64,000 nucleotides of DNA from Nitrososphaerota archaeon (GCA_029785085.1 JAFMAI010000003.1:50570-114569), one strand, 5' to 3'. Positions 37,030 to 46,624 are shown, counted from the first letter of the stretch. The notes: a model not told the origin generated them from the sequence alone. Translations and numbers: made by a program.

Positions 37030-37438
37030 GCCCGTCCCTCACGAACTTCTCGGCGTCTGTCAGCGTGAACTTTGAGTTGTCGTAGGACGCCCTGTGCAGC
37101 GCTTCGCCGTACCTGAACCATCCGAAGCCCTGGTGCTCGAAGGATATCTTCACGCTCTCGGTGTCCGTGGACGCGAGCATGTACACGACCTGCTTGTGCA
37201 CGTTCTTCCTGCCGCGGCGGTAGTAGTACTCTATCACCTTCCTGAAGCCCGGGATTATCTTGATCCGCTTCAGCCCCGTCTCTTCTTCTACCTCTCTCAG
37301 GACGGTCTGTAGCTCGCTCTCCCCCTTTTCGACGCCCCCCTTGGGGAAGTCCCACCGGCCGGCGTTTAGCAGCAGCAGGTACATCCTCCCTCCAGGCGTG
37401 TCCCTGAAGACCACCGCCCCGGCTGACTTCTCCTCCAC
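36998..37438 (-). CDS. NUDIX hydrolase
   Basis: Nudix box GGVEKGESELQTVLREVEEETGL. 146 aa. Confidence 0.85.
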   Translation of the reverse strand: MEEKSAGAVVFRDTPGGRMYLLLLNAGRWDFPKGGVEKGESELQTVLREVEEETGLKRIKIIPGFRKVIEYYYRRGRKNVHKQVVYMLASTDTESVKISFEHQGFGWFRYGEALHRASYDNSKFTLTDAEKFVRDGLRTPPEGGPP

Positions 37439-37540
37439 GGCCGCAGCGACAGCGGCGACGGATTAATATGATTCACCGGTAGTCGGGCGGCTGATGCCCC
37501 TGGGGGAACCGTTCAGGCACGATAGCCCGCGGGACTCGGA

Positions 37541-37864
37541 ATGAGAGCGACAGGAGTGCGGTTCGTGGAGCGGCTGAAGCTGAAGGTCCAGAAAGAGAAC
37601 CTGTGGTTCTTCATCCTGCTCCTCCTCTCGACCGAAGAGAGGTACGGCTTCGAGCTCAGGGAGTTGATCAACGAGAAGTTCGGGTTCTGGAGCGGGAGCG
37701 TGACGGCGTACCGCGTCCTCTACGACCTCGAGGGGTCAGGGATGGTGAGGGCCGAGGCGAAGGACAGGCGGAAGTACTACCAGATCACCGAACTCGGCCG
37801 CCAGGAGGTGAAGGAGGCCAAGGCGTTCCTGCAGACCCTCCTGACGGAGCAAAAGACAGGCTGA
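37541..37864 (+). CDS. PadR-family transcriptional regulator
   Basis: 107 aa, wHTH ERYGFELRELINEKFGFWSGSVTAYRVLYDLEGSGMV...YYQITELG. Confidence 0.8.
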   Translation: MRATGVRFVERLKLKVQKENLWFFILLLLSTEERYGFELRELINEKFGFWSGSVTAYRVLYDLEGSGMVRAEAKDRRKYYQITELGRQEVKEAKAFLQTLLTEQKTG

Positions 37865-37866
37865 GT

Positions 37867-37888
37867 CTATTTTACAATAGTAAAATAG
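37867..37888. promoter_or_regulatory. perfect 9-bp inverted repeat CTATTTTAC-AATA-GTAAAATAG
   Basis: Starts 3 nt after the padR-like stop and ends 36 nt before the inositol-1-phosphate synthase ATG. Confidence 0.45.
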
Positions 37889-37923
37889 GGGCTGATATAC
37901 CCTCGGCGACGAGGGAGCGATAG

Positions 37924-38985
37924 ATGGCCAAGATCAAGGTAGCCGTTGCCGGTGTGGGCAACTGCGCCTCGGCGCTGGTCCAGGGCCTCCGTTACTACTC
38001 GAAGAACGGGCCGGACGAGGGCCTGACCTACTGGAACGTTGGGGGATACACCCCCAAGGACCTGGAGTTCGTCGCCGCCTTCGACGTCAACGCGAAGAAG
38101 GTGGGCAAGGACCTCTCTCAGGCGATTTTCCAGCCGCCAAACAACACAGTCAAGGTTGCCGATGTCCCCAGCATGGGGGTCAAGGTGATGAAGGGCCCGG
38201 TGCTCGACGGCATAGGGAAGTATCTCAAAGACGTCGTGCCGCTCTCGCCCCAGCCGGCTAAGGACATCGTGCAGGAGCTGAAGGACAGCGGCACCGATGT
38301 CCTGGTGAACTATCTCCCGGTGGGGAGCACCGCCGCGACCCAGGCCTACGCCGAGGCAGCCCTGAAGGCGAAGGTCGCCTTCGTGAACGCAATACCGGTG
38401 TTCATCGCATCAGACGAGCGCTGGTCCGGCAGGTTCGCGGCCGCCGGGCTCCCCGTGGCCGGGGACGACGTCATGAGCCAGGTCGGGGCTACAGTACTCC
38501 ACAAGACGCTGGTCAAGATGGCCATAGACAGGGGGGTGAAGGTGGACGAGACGTATCAGCTGAACATAGGAGGGGATACCGACTTCCTGAACATGTTGGA
38601 AGAGAGCAGGCTGAAGGACAAGAGAGAGAGCAAGACCAGCGCGGTGAGGGCCATGTCACCCTATGAGGTGCCGACGAGGATAGGGCCGAGCGACTACGTC
38701 CCCTTCCTCGACAATGACAAGGTGTGCTACATCTGGTTGAAGGGGAGGTACTTCGGCGGAAGCGTAGTGAAGGTCGACGTGAAGCTGCACGTGGTCGACG
38801 CCTACGACAGCGGCGGCGTGATGGTCGACGCCATCCGTGGGACGAAGGTCGCGCTGGACCGCGGGGTCTCGGGGCAGCTCGAGAGCCTCTCGGCCTACTG
38901 CTTCAAACACCCCCCGACCCAGATGCCCTACCCCGCCGCAAAGGCCGCCTTCGAAGAGTTTACTTCAGGGAAGCGGGAACGGTAG
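37924..38985 (+). CDS. myo-inositol-1-phosphate synthase (archaeal type)
   Basis: 353 aa. N-terminal Rossmann KIKVAVAGVGNCASALVQGLRYY and the conserved SKTSAVRAM region. Confidence 0.9.
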   Translation: MAKIKVAVAGVGNCASALVQGLRYYSKNGPDEGLTYWNVGGYTPKDLEFVAAFDVNAKKVGKDLSQAIFQPPNNTVKVADVPSMGVKVMKGPVLDGIGKYLKDVVPLSPQPAKDIVQELKDSGTDVLVNYLPVGSTAATQAYAEAALKAKVAFVNAIPVFIASDERWSGRFAAAGLPVAGDDVMSQVGATVLHKTLVKMAIDRGVKVDETYQLNIGGDTDFLNMLEESRLKDKRESKTSAVRAMSPYEVPTRIGPSDYVPFLDNDKVCYIWLKGRYFGGSVVKVDVKLHVVDAYDSGGVMVDAIRGTKVALDRGVSGQLESLSAYCFKHPPTQMPYPAAKAAFEEFTSGKRER

Positions 38986-41689
38986 CCGCCGCCTTCCTGA
39001 CGTAGAAGGCCGCGGCGAGCACGGCTATCAGCACGAAGACAGACGGGATAGTATAGCGGATCAGTACGTTCGCCGTGATGGTCAGCGAAGAGGGTGCGGA
39101 GGGCACATCCCCGTTGATCGTGGCCCCGTCGTAGACGAAGGTGAGCTTGGCGCCGCTCAGTGGGATCGTCTGACCGGACCCGGCCACTACGCTGGCGTTG
39201 GCCACGGCCACTCCCCGGGGTCCCAGGCTGGAGAAGTAGACCGTGATCCCCTTGGACGTGGCCTGCATATTCTGTAGGTCGGAGAAGGTCAGCCCGATCG
39301 GTAAGGGGAGGGTGAAGTTCACGCCCGACACCTGGACGGCAGACGGGTTGGTTATCCGCACCGAGAGTGTGAACGTCTTCCCTTCCTCCGGAGTCGAAGG
39401 GGAAGATGTCAGGGCCGCCGAGAGCGGCTGATATATTTGGACGGTCGAGGAGCCTCCCTTGACTGAGAAGGAGGTCCCTCCGAAGTAGAAGGAAGCCGAG
39501 ACCGGGGCAGCAGACCGGTTCCCATAGCCCTGAAACGTTGACACGTGGTAGGAGAATGTGACGTTCCCTCTGTCGCCGATCGACCCCACTGTCTGGCGCA
39601 AGACGGAGCTGGAGTTAGTCAGCGAGTCGAAGGAGTCCGGGGTAGTGCTCACGGTCGCGTTGTAGACAGGGGTGGGCCCGTAGTTCTCAGCCACGACGGA
39701 CACCAGGGACGTCATCCCGCTGAAGAGCTCCTGAGGCGAGTACTGCTTGGTCAACGCCAGCCCTGCGGGGACCGGGACCGGGCCCGACGAGCCGGACACT
39801 GAGGCCCCGGCCGCCTGGCCGGTGAAGGTGAACGGCTGGAGCATGTAGTTGGTTCCGCTTGTGAGGTTGTAGCTCATCGAAGTCCGAATCGTGGTCGAGG
39901 CGTTGAGCGTCTTGTAAGATATGGTGACTGTGCCGGACGAGCAGCTGATCCCTAGGCCGCTGACGTGACCGCACCCCAGCCCGGCCGGGAGAGTGCCGGT
40001 AGCCACGAAGTCGGACACCCCCACCGGGGCTATGTCTGATGCGGCGAAGTTGAGCGTGAGGTTGGTCTCGCTCGCGGAGAGGGCGTTGAACGAGGGGGAC
40101 ACTTCGAGCATAGGCAGCGCGACCTGCATGCCGCTCTGCGAGAAGACGTCCGCGACCGTGTTCGTGGTGGCATTGAGCGCGACCCCCGCAGGGTTCTGGT
40201 AGACCACGTTGTAAGACCGCGTGACGTTGATGTCGGTCATGCTCGGCGCCGACTGCGAGACAGTTACGGTCGCGGTCCCACCCCCTGCTGCCAAGCCTGG
40301 CACCGACTTGCCGGCAACGACCACCGAAGACGCGGGCTGGGTCCCCACGTTGACTAGTGTTATGTTGAACAGCTGGGTCTTGCCGACCGGCTTGCCGAGG
40401 CTCCCGGACGGGGAAGGCTGAAGGGTCGCGTATACCACTGCGTTGTCAGCCCCCAGCGACAGCCTGATGGGGTTGATGTTCGCTGTCGCGTTGAAGGTCG
40501 CTCCACTGACCTGGTACTGATACCTGACCACAGAGGCTGGGATCGTGACTGAACCAGGGGCAGTCCCCGTGTACTCGAGCCTGTAGACCGGGGTGATGCT
40601 GCCCGACGGTGCCAGCGATATCGAGCTCACCGAATCGTTGCCGCCTAGGAAGGTGAACTCACCCGTGCTCTTCCACCAGTTGTCTGAGAAGGAGAGGCTG
40701 GTGATGGTCGCGGTAGGCGAGAGGTTGGCGAAGGTGAGTGTCACGGCAAGGTCCCCGTTGGTGTAAAGGACGCCCACGTCAACCGCCCTGGTGGCGAGCA
40801 GTGGAGCCGGCTGCTCGACGATGGTTGCGTTGGTGCTGTGCAGGGTGTGCCCCGGGGCGAGAGTCAGCGAGTAGGTCCCGGTGAAGGCGGCGACGTCGTT
40901 GCTTATCGTTGCCTTGTCATGGGAGCTTATCGTCCCGCCCAGTACCTTCACGCGGATGTCTGAAGAGGAGCTGCCGGGCGCGGCCGTCAACGAGGTCACC
41001 GCGCTGCCGAAGAGCGCGGCTACGTTCAAGCTCCCCGCGGAGGTGAGGGCTGAGGGCGTGATGGAACCGACCACCAGATTGTGAGTGAATCCGTTGCCGG
41101 AGGCCGACTTCGCCCCTTCCAGCACGACGAAGGGGGACCCGGAGGAGGTGAGAAGCGACGCCGATATGGCCTTGGTGAACCCCCCCTCAGACCTAGGAAG
41201 GAACCCGCTGAGGAGCGTCACAGGGACAAGTCTGGAGAAGGAGACAGGGCTGAAGAACGAGTACACCCCGGTGCCGTTCGACATCGAGACGAAGTCGGTG
41301 AGGAGATACGAGTCCAGGGCGTCAGCGGCCGCCGAGGCGTGCGAAAAGGAGTCGGCGCCCACCGTCAGGAACATCCCCTGGGGGACGATGGAAGGGACGG
41401 GCAGAAGGTTGTACCCCTGCGGGCCGAACACCTGGAAGTCGGAGCTCCAGCCCAGGGTGCTGATCGCTGTGACGTTGTACCAGCTGAGCCCCGGGGTCGA
41501 CTCCAGGGCCGAGAGGTGGCTGGAGCCGTTCACGCCGTCGAAGGTGAAGTACCATAGGGCGTTCGAGCCCGCCACGTAGACGTTGAGCTTCTCCGAGTAG
41601 GGGCTCTGGGCGTGGGCCAGCTGCAGTGGGACCGCCGAGAAGACCATGAGGGCAACGATGACGAACGCTAACAGCCTGGAGTGCTTCAA
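38960..41689 (-). CDS. large secreted, C-terminally anchored surface protein (S-layer/cell-surface glycoprotein candidate)
   Basis: 909 aa. Signal peptide MKHSRLLAFVIVALMVFSAVPLQLAHA, Ser/Thr/Val/Gly-rich beta-type composition, about twenty N-x-S/T sequons by eye, and a C-terminal TM segment IPSVFVLIAVLAAAFYV followed by basic residues. Confidence 0.6.
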   Translation of the reverse strand: MKHSRLLAFVIVALMVFSAVPLQLAHAQSPYSEKLNVYVAGSNALWYFTFDGVNGSSHLSALESTPGLSWYNVTAISTLGWSSDFQVFGPQGYNLLPVPSIVPQGMFLTVGADSFSHASAAADALDSYLLTDFVSMSNGTGVYSFFSPVSFSRLVPVTLLSGFLPRSEGGFTKAISASLLTSSGSPFVVLEGAKSASGNGFTHNLVVGSITPSALTSAGSLNVAALFGSAVTSLTAAPGSSSSDIRVKVLGGTISSHDKATISNDVAAFTGTYSLTLAPGHTLHSTNATIVEQPAPLLATRAVDVGVLYTNGDLAVTLTFANLSPTATITSLSFSDNWWKSTGEFTFLGGNDSVSSISLAPSGSITPVYRLEYTGTAPGSVTIPASVVRYQYQVSGATFNATANINPIRLSLGADNAVVYATLQPSPSGSLGKPVGKTQLFNITLVNVGTQPASSVVVAGKSVPGLAAGGGTATVTVSQSAPSMTDINVTRSYNVVYQNPAGVALNATTNTVADVFSQSGMQVALPMLEVSPSFNALSASETNLTLNFAASDIAPVGVSDFVATGTLPAGLGCGHVSGLGISCSSGTVTISYKTLNASTTIRTSMSYNLTSGTNYMLQPFTFTGQAAGASVSGSSGPVPVPAGLALTKQYSPQELFSGMTSLVSVVAENYGPTPVYNATVSTTPDSFDSLTNSSSVLRQTVGSIGDRGNVTFSYHVSTFQGYGNRSAAPVSASFYFGGTSFSVKGGSSTVQIYQPLSAALTSSPSTPEEGKTFTLSVRITNPSAVQVSGVNFTLPLPIGLTFSDLQNMQATSKGITVYFSSLGPRGVAVANASVVAGSGQTIPLSGAKLTFVYDGATINGDVPSAPSSLTITANVLIRYTIPSVFVLIAVLAAAFYVRKAAATVPASLK

Positions 41690-41742
41690 ACGAGACGAAG
41701 GAGGGCGCCCCGTTCACCATATAAAACCGTTTGAGGGATTGG

Positions 41743-44235
41743 TCATCGCTTTCTGGGCGTCTCTTCCGAAGGGTCGTCGACCCCCCGGTCGTTGAGGACG
41801 AAGACCGTGTCCCTCTCAGGATGGTATGGGCTGTCCACCATCCTGGCTATGCGGTTCTTGGCAGCCTTCCTGAGGTACAGCCTGTAGGTGCTCGTGTGAG
41901 CGACCACGTGCCCGCCAGTGGGCCTGGTGGGGTCCCCGAAGAAGGAGTCCGGGGCGGCCTGCACCTGGTTCGTGACCACCACGGCTATGTTGTAGATTTC
42001 TGCTGTCCTCAGGAGCTGGTGCATGAAGCGGTTGAGCCTCTGCTGCCTTTCGGCGAGGGTCCCCCTCCCGAGGAACTCGGCCCTGTAATGCGCAACGGCG
42101 CTGTCCAGGATGACCAGCTTCACCTTGTTGGGCTCGATGATGCGTCCGAGGTCTTTCACGATGAGCTCCTGGTGCGCGCTGTTGTAGGCCCTGGCCACGG
42201 TGATACGAGAGAGTACCTTCTCGGCGTCCATCCCCCTGGCCTCGGCTATCTCCTGTATCCTCTCCGGCCTGAAGGTGCCTTCGGTGTCGATGTAGATCGA
42301 CCCTGCGTCCAGTCCTCCCTCCCCCCTTGGCTGCTGCGCCATGACGCAGAGGGTGTGACAGATCTGGCTGTTGTGGAGTATGGTCGGGATGTTGCCACTG
42401 ACGAACGCGTGGCCTTCCGGTACCTCGAAGTCGTACACGTAGTCGTTGTACTTCTCTTCACGTATCTCCGTTATCGTGTCCCAGTTGAACTCCATCGCTT
42501 TCTCGAGCGCATCCACGGCGCCTTCAAGCATCTGGATGCGCCTCTCGGCCTCTTTGGCCGCGGCCGTTTTGAAGGCCGCAATCCTCTCTTCCGGGAGCCC
42601 GCGCTTGAAGTAGTTATTGAAACCCGCCTTTGAAACGCCGAGGGGTTTAGCCAGGACGTTTGCTGAGAACGACAGCGAAAGCGCATACCTCCGGAAACCG
42701 TCCGGGGATTCGAGCTCGGCCCGCTGTAGATCCCTCAGGTTCCGGGCAAGCGAATCGGAGACGCTTTTCAGGAAGTTGACTGCCGCCTCCACCTGGGCGT
42801 CGGTCATCCCAGTCTTGCCGTACGCTGACCTGGCCAGCGCCTCGTAGAGGACACCGTTCTTCCTCAGAACGCCCTCGCGTCTGATGTGTCTCGAAGAAAC
42901 AGCAGACCTGTACGTCGCCCTAAGCAGGTCCCCTGCAGGGGTGCCGTACTTGCTGTTCCTCGCCTTCACCCTCCGGACTCTCTTGCTCTTGAAAGGGACC
43001 TGTGACATCTTGTCCCTATCTGAGCCGGCGACATGCAACCTGTAGTGGGGCCCCGTGCCTGCGTCTTCGACGCTGAAGGTCGATGATATGCCGAGCCTAG
43101 AAAGAAGATACGATACCCCTTCAATCAGCACTTTACTGTCCGAGGAAACTTCGACGTCTGGGCCTTGGACGCGCCCATCCCCCTCGAAGTAGCCCGCGAG
43201 GAAGTAACGTACGATGTCGTCGCTGCCATTGAGAACGCAGTCGGGAACGCACTTCGAATAGGAGTCGCACTCGATCAGCTTCCCGAGCAGCCTCTTCACC
43301 GGAGACCTGAGCAGAATCAAGGCGGAACGGTCTTCCCTGCGGGAGATGGTCGGCTCGAAACCAAATCTGTTCTTGAGATACTCCTTCGTCCATACGACCA
43401 GTTTCTCGTCGGTGTTCGTAATTGACAGGGGGTTCCTCGTCCCTTCTGCCACAAAGAACCCAAGGAAGAAGGCGTCGTCGTCCGTGATGTCAGACCTCCC
43501 CGATATGACCAACGTCTTTGGGGTCGCGATCTTGTCGCCGACCGAAAGGGAGGCCGAAGGGACCCATTGGATACCACTGCCTGAGAAGACCATCGCCATA
43601 TGGAGCCTGGCGAGCCTCAGGTCTCTCCCGCGCTCTGTCTTGACTACCAGAATTGATGAAACGCGCTCCCGGTAGAGGTACGATGCCGGAGTGGGTCGCG
43701 AGTTCAGGCCGACGACGTTGACCCCTTTGAGCGGGACGACGTAACCTGAGTCGAGGGGCTTCTCGCCATACAGGCCCTTGTACTTCTCATAGGTCGCTGC
43801 GATCGGCTCGAAGTGCATGTTGGCATCGTTGCTGTAGAGAACCTTCGTGTCTCCGCCGACGCACTTTCCGCTCCCGAACTCGCCGAAAAATTCGGTCATC
43901 GCCCAGGTCTCGATGCCCCCACCCAGGAGGTCGTCGAGGTTCTTGGAACCTGTGGAGACCCTGTCGATGGCCTTCCGCTTGACTAGGAGGTCCGCGGCGT
44001 TGATGAAGTCAGGCTCGAGCCGGTGCAGCTCCACCAGCTTCTTTCTGGCCTTGTTGTTCAGCTCTACCGCCTTGGAGACGTCGATGTCTACGGCGTCGGC
44101 GATGTCCATGGGCCCCGAGGTGGCCAGGTCGAGTATCGTCTCGATCCCGGCGTCCTTCAGCTTGGCCTTGGTGGCAGGCCCTACACCCGGGAGGGTGTCG
44201 AGCTCCAGGTCGTCTCCGACTTCGGCTTCAGGCAA
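41743..44235 (-). CDS. radA: DNA repair and recombination protein RadA, intein-containing precursor
   Basis: 830 aa. N-terminal HhH (LPGVGPATKAKLKDAGI). Walker A GEFGSGK is interrupted and resumes at SQICHTLCV. Walker B is KLVILDS. The exteins total 332 aa. Confidence 0.95.
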   Translation of the reverse strand: MPEAEVGDDLELDTLPGVGPATKAKLKDAGIETILDLATSGPMDIADAVDIDVSKAVELNNKARKKLVELHRLEPDFINAADLLVKRKAIDRVSTGSKNLDDLLGGGIETWAMTEFFGEFGSGKCVGGDTKVLYSNDANMHFEPIAATYEKYKGLYGEKPLDSGYVVPLKGVNVVGLNSRPTPASYLYRERVSSILVVKTERGRDLRLARLHMAMVFSGSGIQWVPSASLSVGDKIATPKTLVISGRSDITDDDAFFLGFFVAEGTRNPLSITNTDEKLVVWTKEYLKNRFGFEPTISRREDRSALILLRSPVKRLLGKLIECDSYSKCVPDCVLNGSDDIVRYFLAGYFEGDGRVQGPDVEVSSDSKVLIEGVSYLLSRLGISSTFSVEDAGTGPHYRLHVAGSDRDKMSQVPFKSKRVRRVKARNSKYGTPAGDLLRATYRSAVSSRHIRREGVLRKNGVLYEALARSAYGKTGMTDAQVEAAVNFLKSVSDSLARNLRDLQRAELESPDGFRRYALSLSFSANVLAKPLGVSKAGFNNYFKRGLPEERIAAFKTAAAKEAERRIQMLEGAVDALEKAMEFNWDTITEIREEKYNDYVYDFEVPEGHAFVSGNIPTILHNSQICHTLCVMAQQPRGEGGLDAGSIYIDTEGTFRPERIQEIAEARGMDAEKVLSRITVARAYNSAHQELIVKDLGRIIEPNKVKLVILDSAVAHYRAEFLGRGTLAERQQRLNRFMHQLLRTAEIYNIAVVVTNQVQAAPDSFFGDPTRPTGGHVVAHTSTYRLYLRKAAKNRIARMVDSPYHPERDTVFVLNDRGVDDPSEETPRKR
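42370..43863 (-). mobile_element. RadA P-loop intein with LAGLIDADG homing-endonuclease domain
   Basis: 498 codons. Begins CVGGDTKV immediately after GSGK and ends PTILHN followed by Ser+1. LAGLIDADG blocks FFLGFFVAEGT and YFLAGYFEGDGRV. Confidence 0.85.
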
Positions 44236-44272
44236 CGAAGTGCGCGAGGCTCTTCCGGTAGATAAGCATGCT

Positions 44273-45568
44273 TCAGGGAGAGATGCGTGAAAGTGTTCTA
44301 GGGAACAGGCTGGCCGAGCGGATGTGCTTCAGCCCGGCGATCCATCGCGTCGTCCTCTCCACCCCGATACCGAAGCCGGAGTGAGGAGGCATGCCGAACT
44401 TTCTCAGCTCCAGGTACCATGCGAATGACTCGGTGGGGAGGTCCTGGCTCGAAATCCTCTCCATGAGCTGAGCGTATTCGTGTATCCTCTGCCCTCCGGT
44501 TGCGAGTTCCCCGACCCCCTCGGGGGCGATCAGGTCGGCCGACTTCGTCACGTTCGGCCTGTCCGGGTAGGTCATGTGGTAGAACGACCTCGCGGTGAGA
44601 GGGTAGTCGGTGATGAAGAATGGAGCGTCCTGGGTCTGGCTCACGGCCCTCTCCGCTTCTGTGGGGAGGTCGTCCCCCCACTCGAACCCGAAGCCCTTGC
44701 TCTCGGCGATGGACCGGGCCTCGTCGTAGGATATCCTGGCGAACGGGATCCCGGGCTGCTTGAGCTTCCTGCCGAGGGTCTTCAGGTCAGTCTGTCTGTT
44801 CGCCAGCACCCTCTCCACCATCATGGAAAGGAGCTCCTCCTGGACCCTCATGTTGTCCGCCTGCTCGGCGAAGGCCTGCTCGGCCTCGATCATCCAGAAC
44901 TCGGTCAGGTGTTTCGCTGTCTTCGACTTCTCCGCCCTGAACGCGGGCTGGAATATCCATACCTTCTGCAGCGCGGGGAGGGCGGCCTCCTCGTAGAACT
45001 GCGCGCTCTGGCTCAGGCTGGCCTTCTTCCCGAAATAGTCGACCGAGAAGAGGGTCGACCCGCCCTCGACGGCGGCCTGGACGAAGGTAGGAGCGCTGAT
45101 CAGGTGGAACCCGTTCTGTCTGAAGTAGTCGAACGCCGCCCCTATCACCTCCTCCCTTATCCTCATTGCCGCGATGGCCTTGGGGCCACGGATGCTGAGG
45201 TGCCTCTTGTCGAAGAGGAAGGACGACGACTTGACCGCGGTCCTGGTTATCGGCCAGCTCTCGGCGGGCGCCACTATGGTGAACTCGCTGGCGGAGACTT
45301 CCTTCCCCCCGGGGGCGCGCCTGTCGTCGCGGACCTCACCCCTCGCCACCACCGCCGACTCCTTGGTGGCGCCCTTCGCCGCGTCGTAGGCGGCGTCCGC
45401 AGACCCCTTACGCACTGACACCTGGACGAACCCGGTGCCGTCCCTGACGAGGACGAAGATGAGCCCTCCCACCGTGTGCTTCCTGGCCACCCAGCCTCTG
45501 ACCTCTACGGCCTTCGGCGTCCGTCCTTCGATGATCTCGGATGCGCTCGAGGGCGCGAAGACATCCAC
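44273..45568 (-). CDS. asnS: asparaginyl-tRNA synthetase
   Basis: 431 aa, class IIb. FRAEKSKTAKHLTEFWMIEAEQAF (AsnRS-type motif 2 region) and motif 3 PHSGFGIGVERTTRWI. GTG start. Confidence 0.8.
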   Translation of the reverse strand: MDVFAPSSASEIIEGRTPKAVEVRGWVARKHTVGGLIFVLVRDGTGFVQVSVRKGSADAAYDAAKGATKESAVVARGEVRDDRRAPGGKEVSASEFTIVAPAESWPITRTAVKSSSFLFDKRHLSIRGPKAIAAMRIREEVIGAAFDYFRQNGFHLISAPTFVQAAVEGGSTLFSVDYFGKKASLSQSAQFYEEAALPALQKVWIFQPAFRAEKSKTAKHLTEFWMIEAEQAFAEQADNMRVQEELLSMMVERVLANRQTDLKTLGRKLKQPGIPFARISYDEARSIAESKGFGFEWGDDLPTEAERAVSQTQDAPFFITDYPLTARSFYHMTYPDRPNVTKSADLIAPEGVGELATGGQRIHEYAQLMERISSQDLPTESFAWYLELRKFGMPPHSGFGIGVERTTRWIAGLKHIRSASLFPRTLSRISP

Positions 45569-45604
45569 GGTTCGGGCTCGGCCCGCTCATGCTAAAAGCG
45601 TGAC

Positions 45605-46624
45605 GTGCGAGGACTCAACGTTATAGGTGCCTCCGGCCGACCGGAGGCAAATCCATTGCCTCGGAGAGCGACTATAGCGAGGTGGGCCGGAAGCGGGAGC
45701 ATCGCCGACCTGCAGTCCTCGGCGGAGCACATGCTCGGCGCGGAGGGCATCAGGGGGGAAGTGGAGAGGCTCGGAAGCTCTCTCGTCGTCTCTGGGCCCG
45801 AGCCTGCCCGGGCGTGCACCCTCTTCAGGCACCTTCCGGGGGTCAGCTGGCTCGCCGCAGGCTATGCCGTCCACGGGGCCGCAGAGCTCTCAACCGCGGC
45901 TGGGGAGCTGGCCAGAAGATACCTCCGCGGAGGCGGGACATTCGCCGTCGAGGCAGAGGTCACCACCGGCGCGGCCGCCTCCGACCTGGAAGGGGCGCTC
46001 ACCTCCCACGTCTTGGACTTGAAGGGCGCTCGGGTGTCCTCTTCGTCTCCACGGGTCACGTTCAGGGCGGCCCTGGACACAGCAGGTGGCGCCGTGGGGG
46101 TGGAGCTGTGCCGGGGTCCTGGGGGAGTCCCGACAGGCAGGAACGGCGCGTCATGCCTGGTCTCCGGAGGGAGGCACAGCTCGGTCATGGCGTGGCAGGC
46201 CGTGCTCATGGGGTACAGGGTGCGCCTCGTCCATGCTGCGGAAGGTGGAGACGGGCTGCTCGCTGCGGCAGAGCTCTACTCTGAGCTTTCCTACCGGTCT
46301 GACCCCCGATGGCTGAGCCTTTCGGTGATCGAGGAGGGGCAGGTCTGGCAGGGGCTCCGCAGACTTTCCCCAGGGGGGCGCGACCCGGTCTTCTGCGGCC
46401 TCACCGCGTCTACGGGGAGGTCGACCTGGCTTGCTGAAACTGGGGCGGCGAGCCCGCTATACCTCCTCTCCACGGAGTGGTTCGACTCTGAATTCAAGAA
46501 ACTGGGCATTAGAGAATGTAGGTCGGCCCCTGATCGAGGCCCTGCTAGACCCGCGAAGATTGTCGTGAAATCGTTCGGAGGCAGAAGGGCAGACGTCAGC
46601 GAGGTCCTCGACGGCCTCTCGTAG
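45605..46624 (+). CDS. ThiI-like THUMP/PP-loop paralogue with a degenerate PP-loop
   Basis: N-terminal ferredoxin-like/THUMP-like region (..GTFAVEAEV..) followed by CLVSGGRHSSVMAWQAVLMGYRV where ThiI has SGGxDS. Shorter and far more divergent than the canonical thiI at 53074..54297. The start is uncertain. Confidence 0.45.
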   Translation: MRGLNVIGASGRPEANPLPRRATIARWAGSGSIADLQSSAEHMLGAEGIRGEVERLGSSLVVSGPEPARACTLFRHLPGVSWLAAGYAVHGAAELSTAAGELARRYLRGGGTFAVEAEVTTGAAASDLEGALTSHVLDLKGARVSSSSPRVTFRAALDTAGGAVGVELCRGPGGVPTGRNGASCLVSGGRHSSVMAWQAVLMGYRVRLVHAAEGGDGLLAAAELYSELSYRSDPRWLSLSVIEEGQVWQGLRRLSPGGRDPVFCGLTASTGRSTWLAETGAASPLYLLSTEWFDSEFKKLGIRECRSAPDRGPARPAKIVVKSFGGRRADVSEVLDGLS

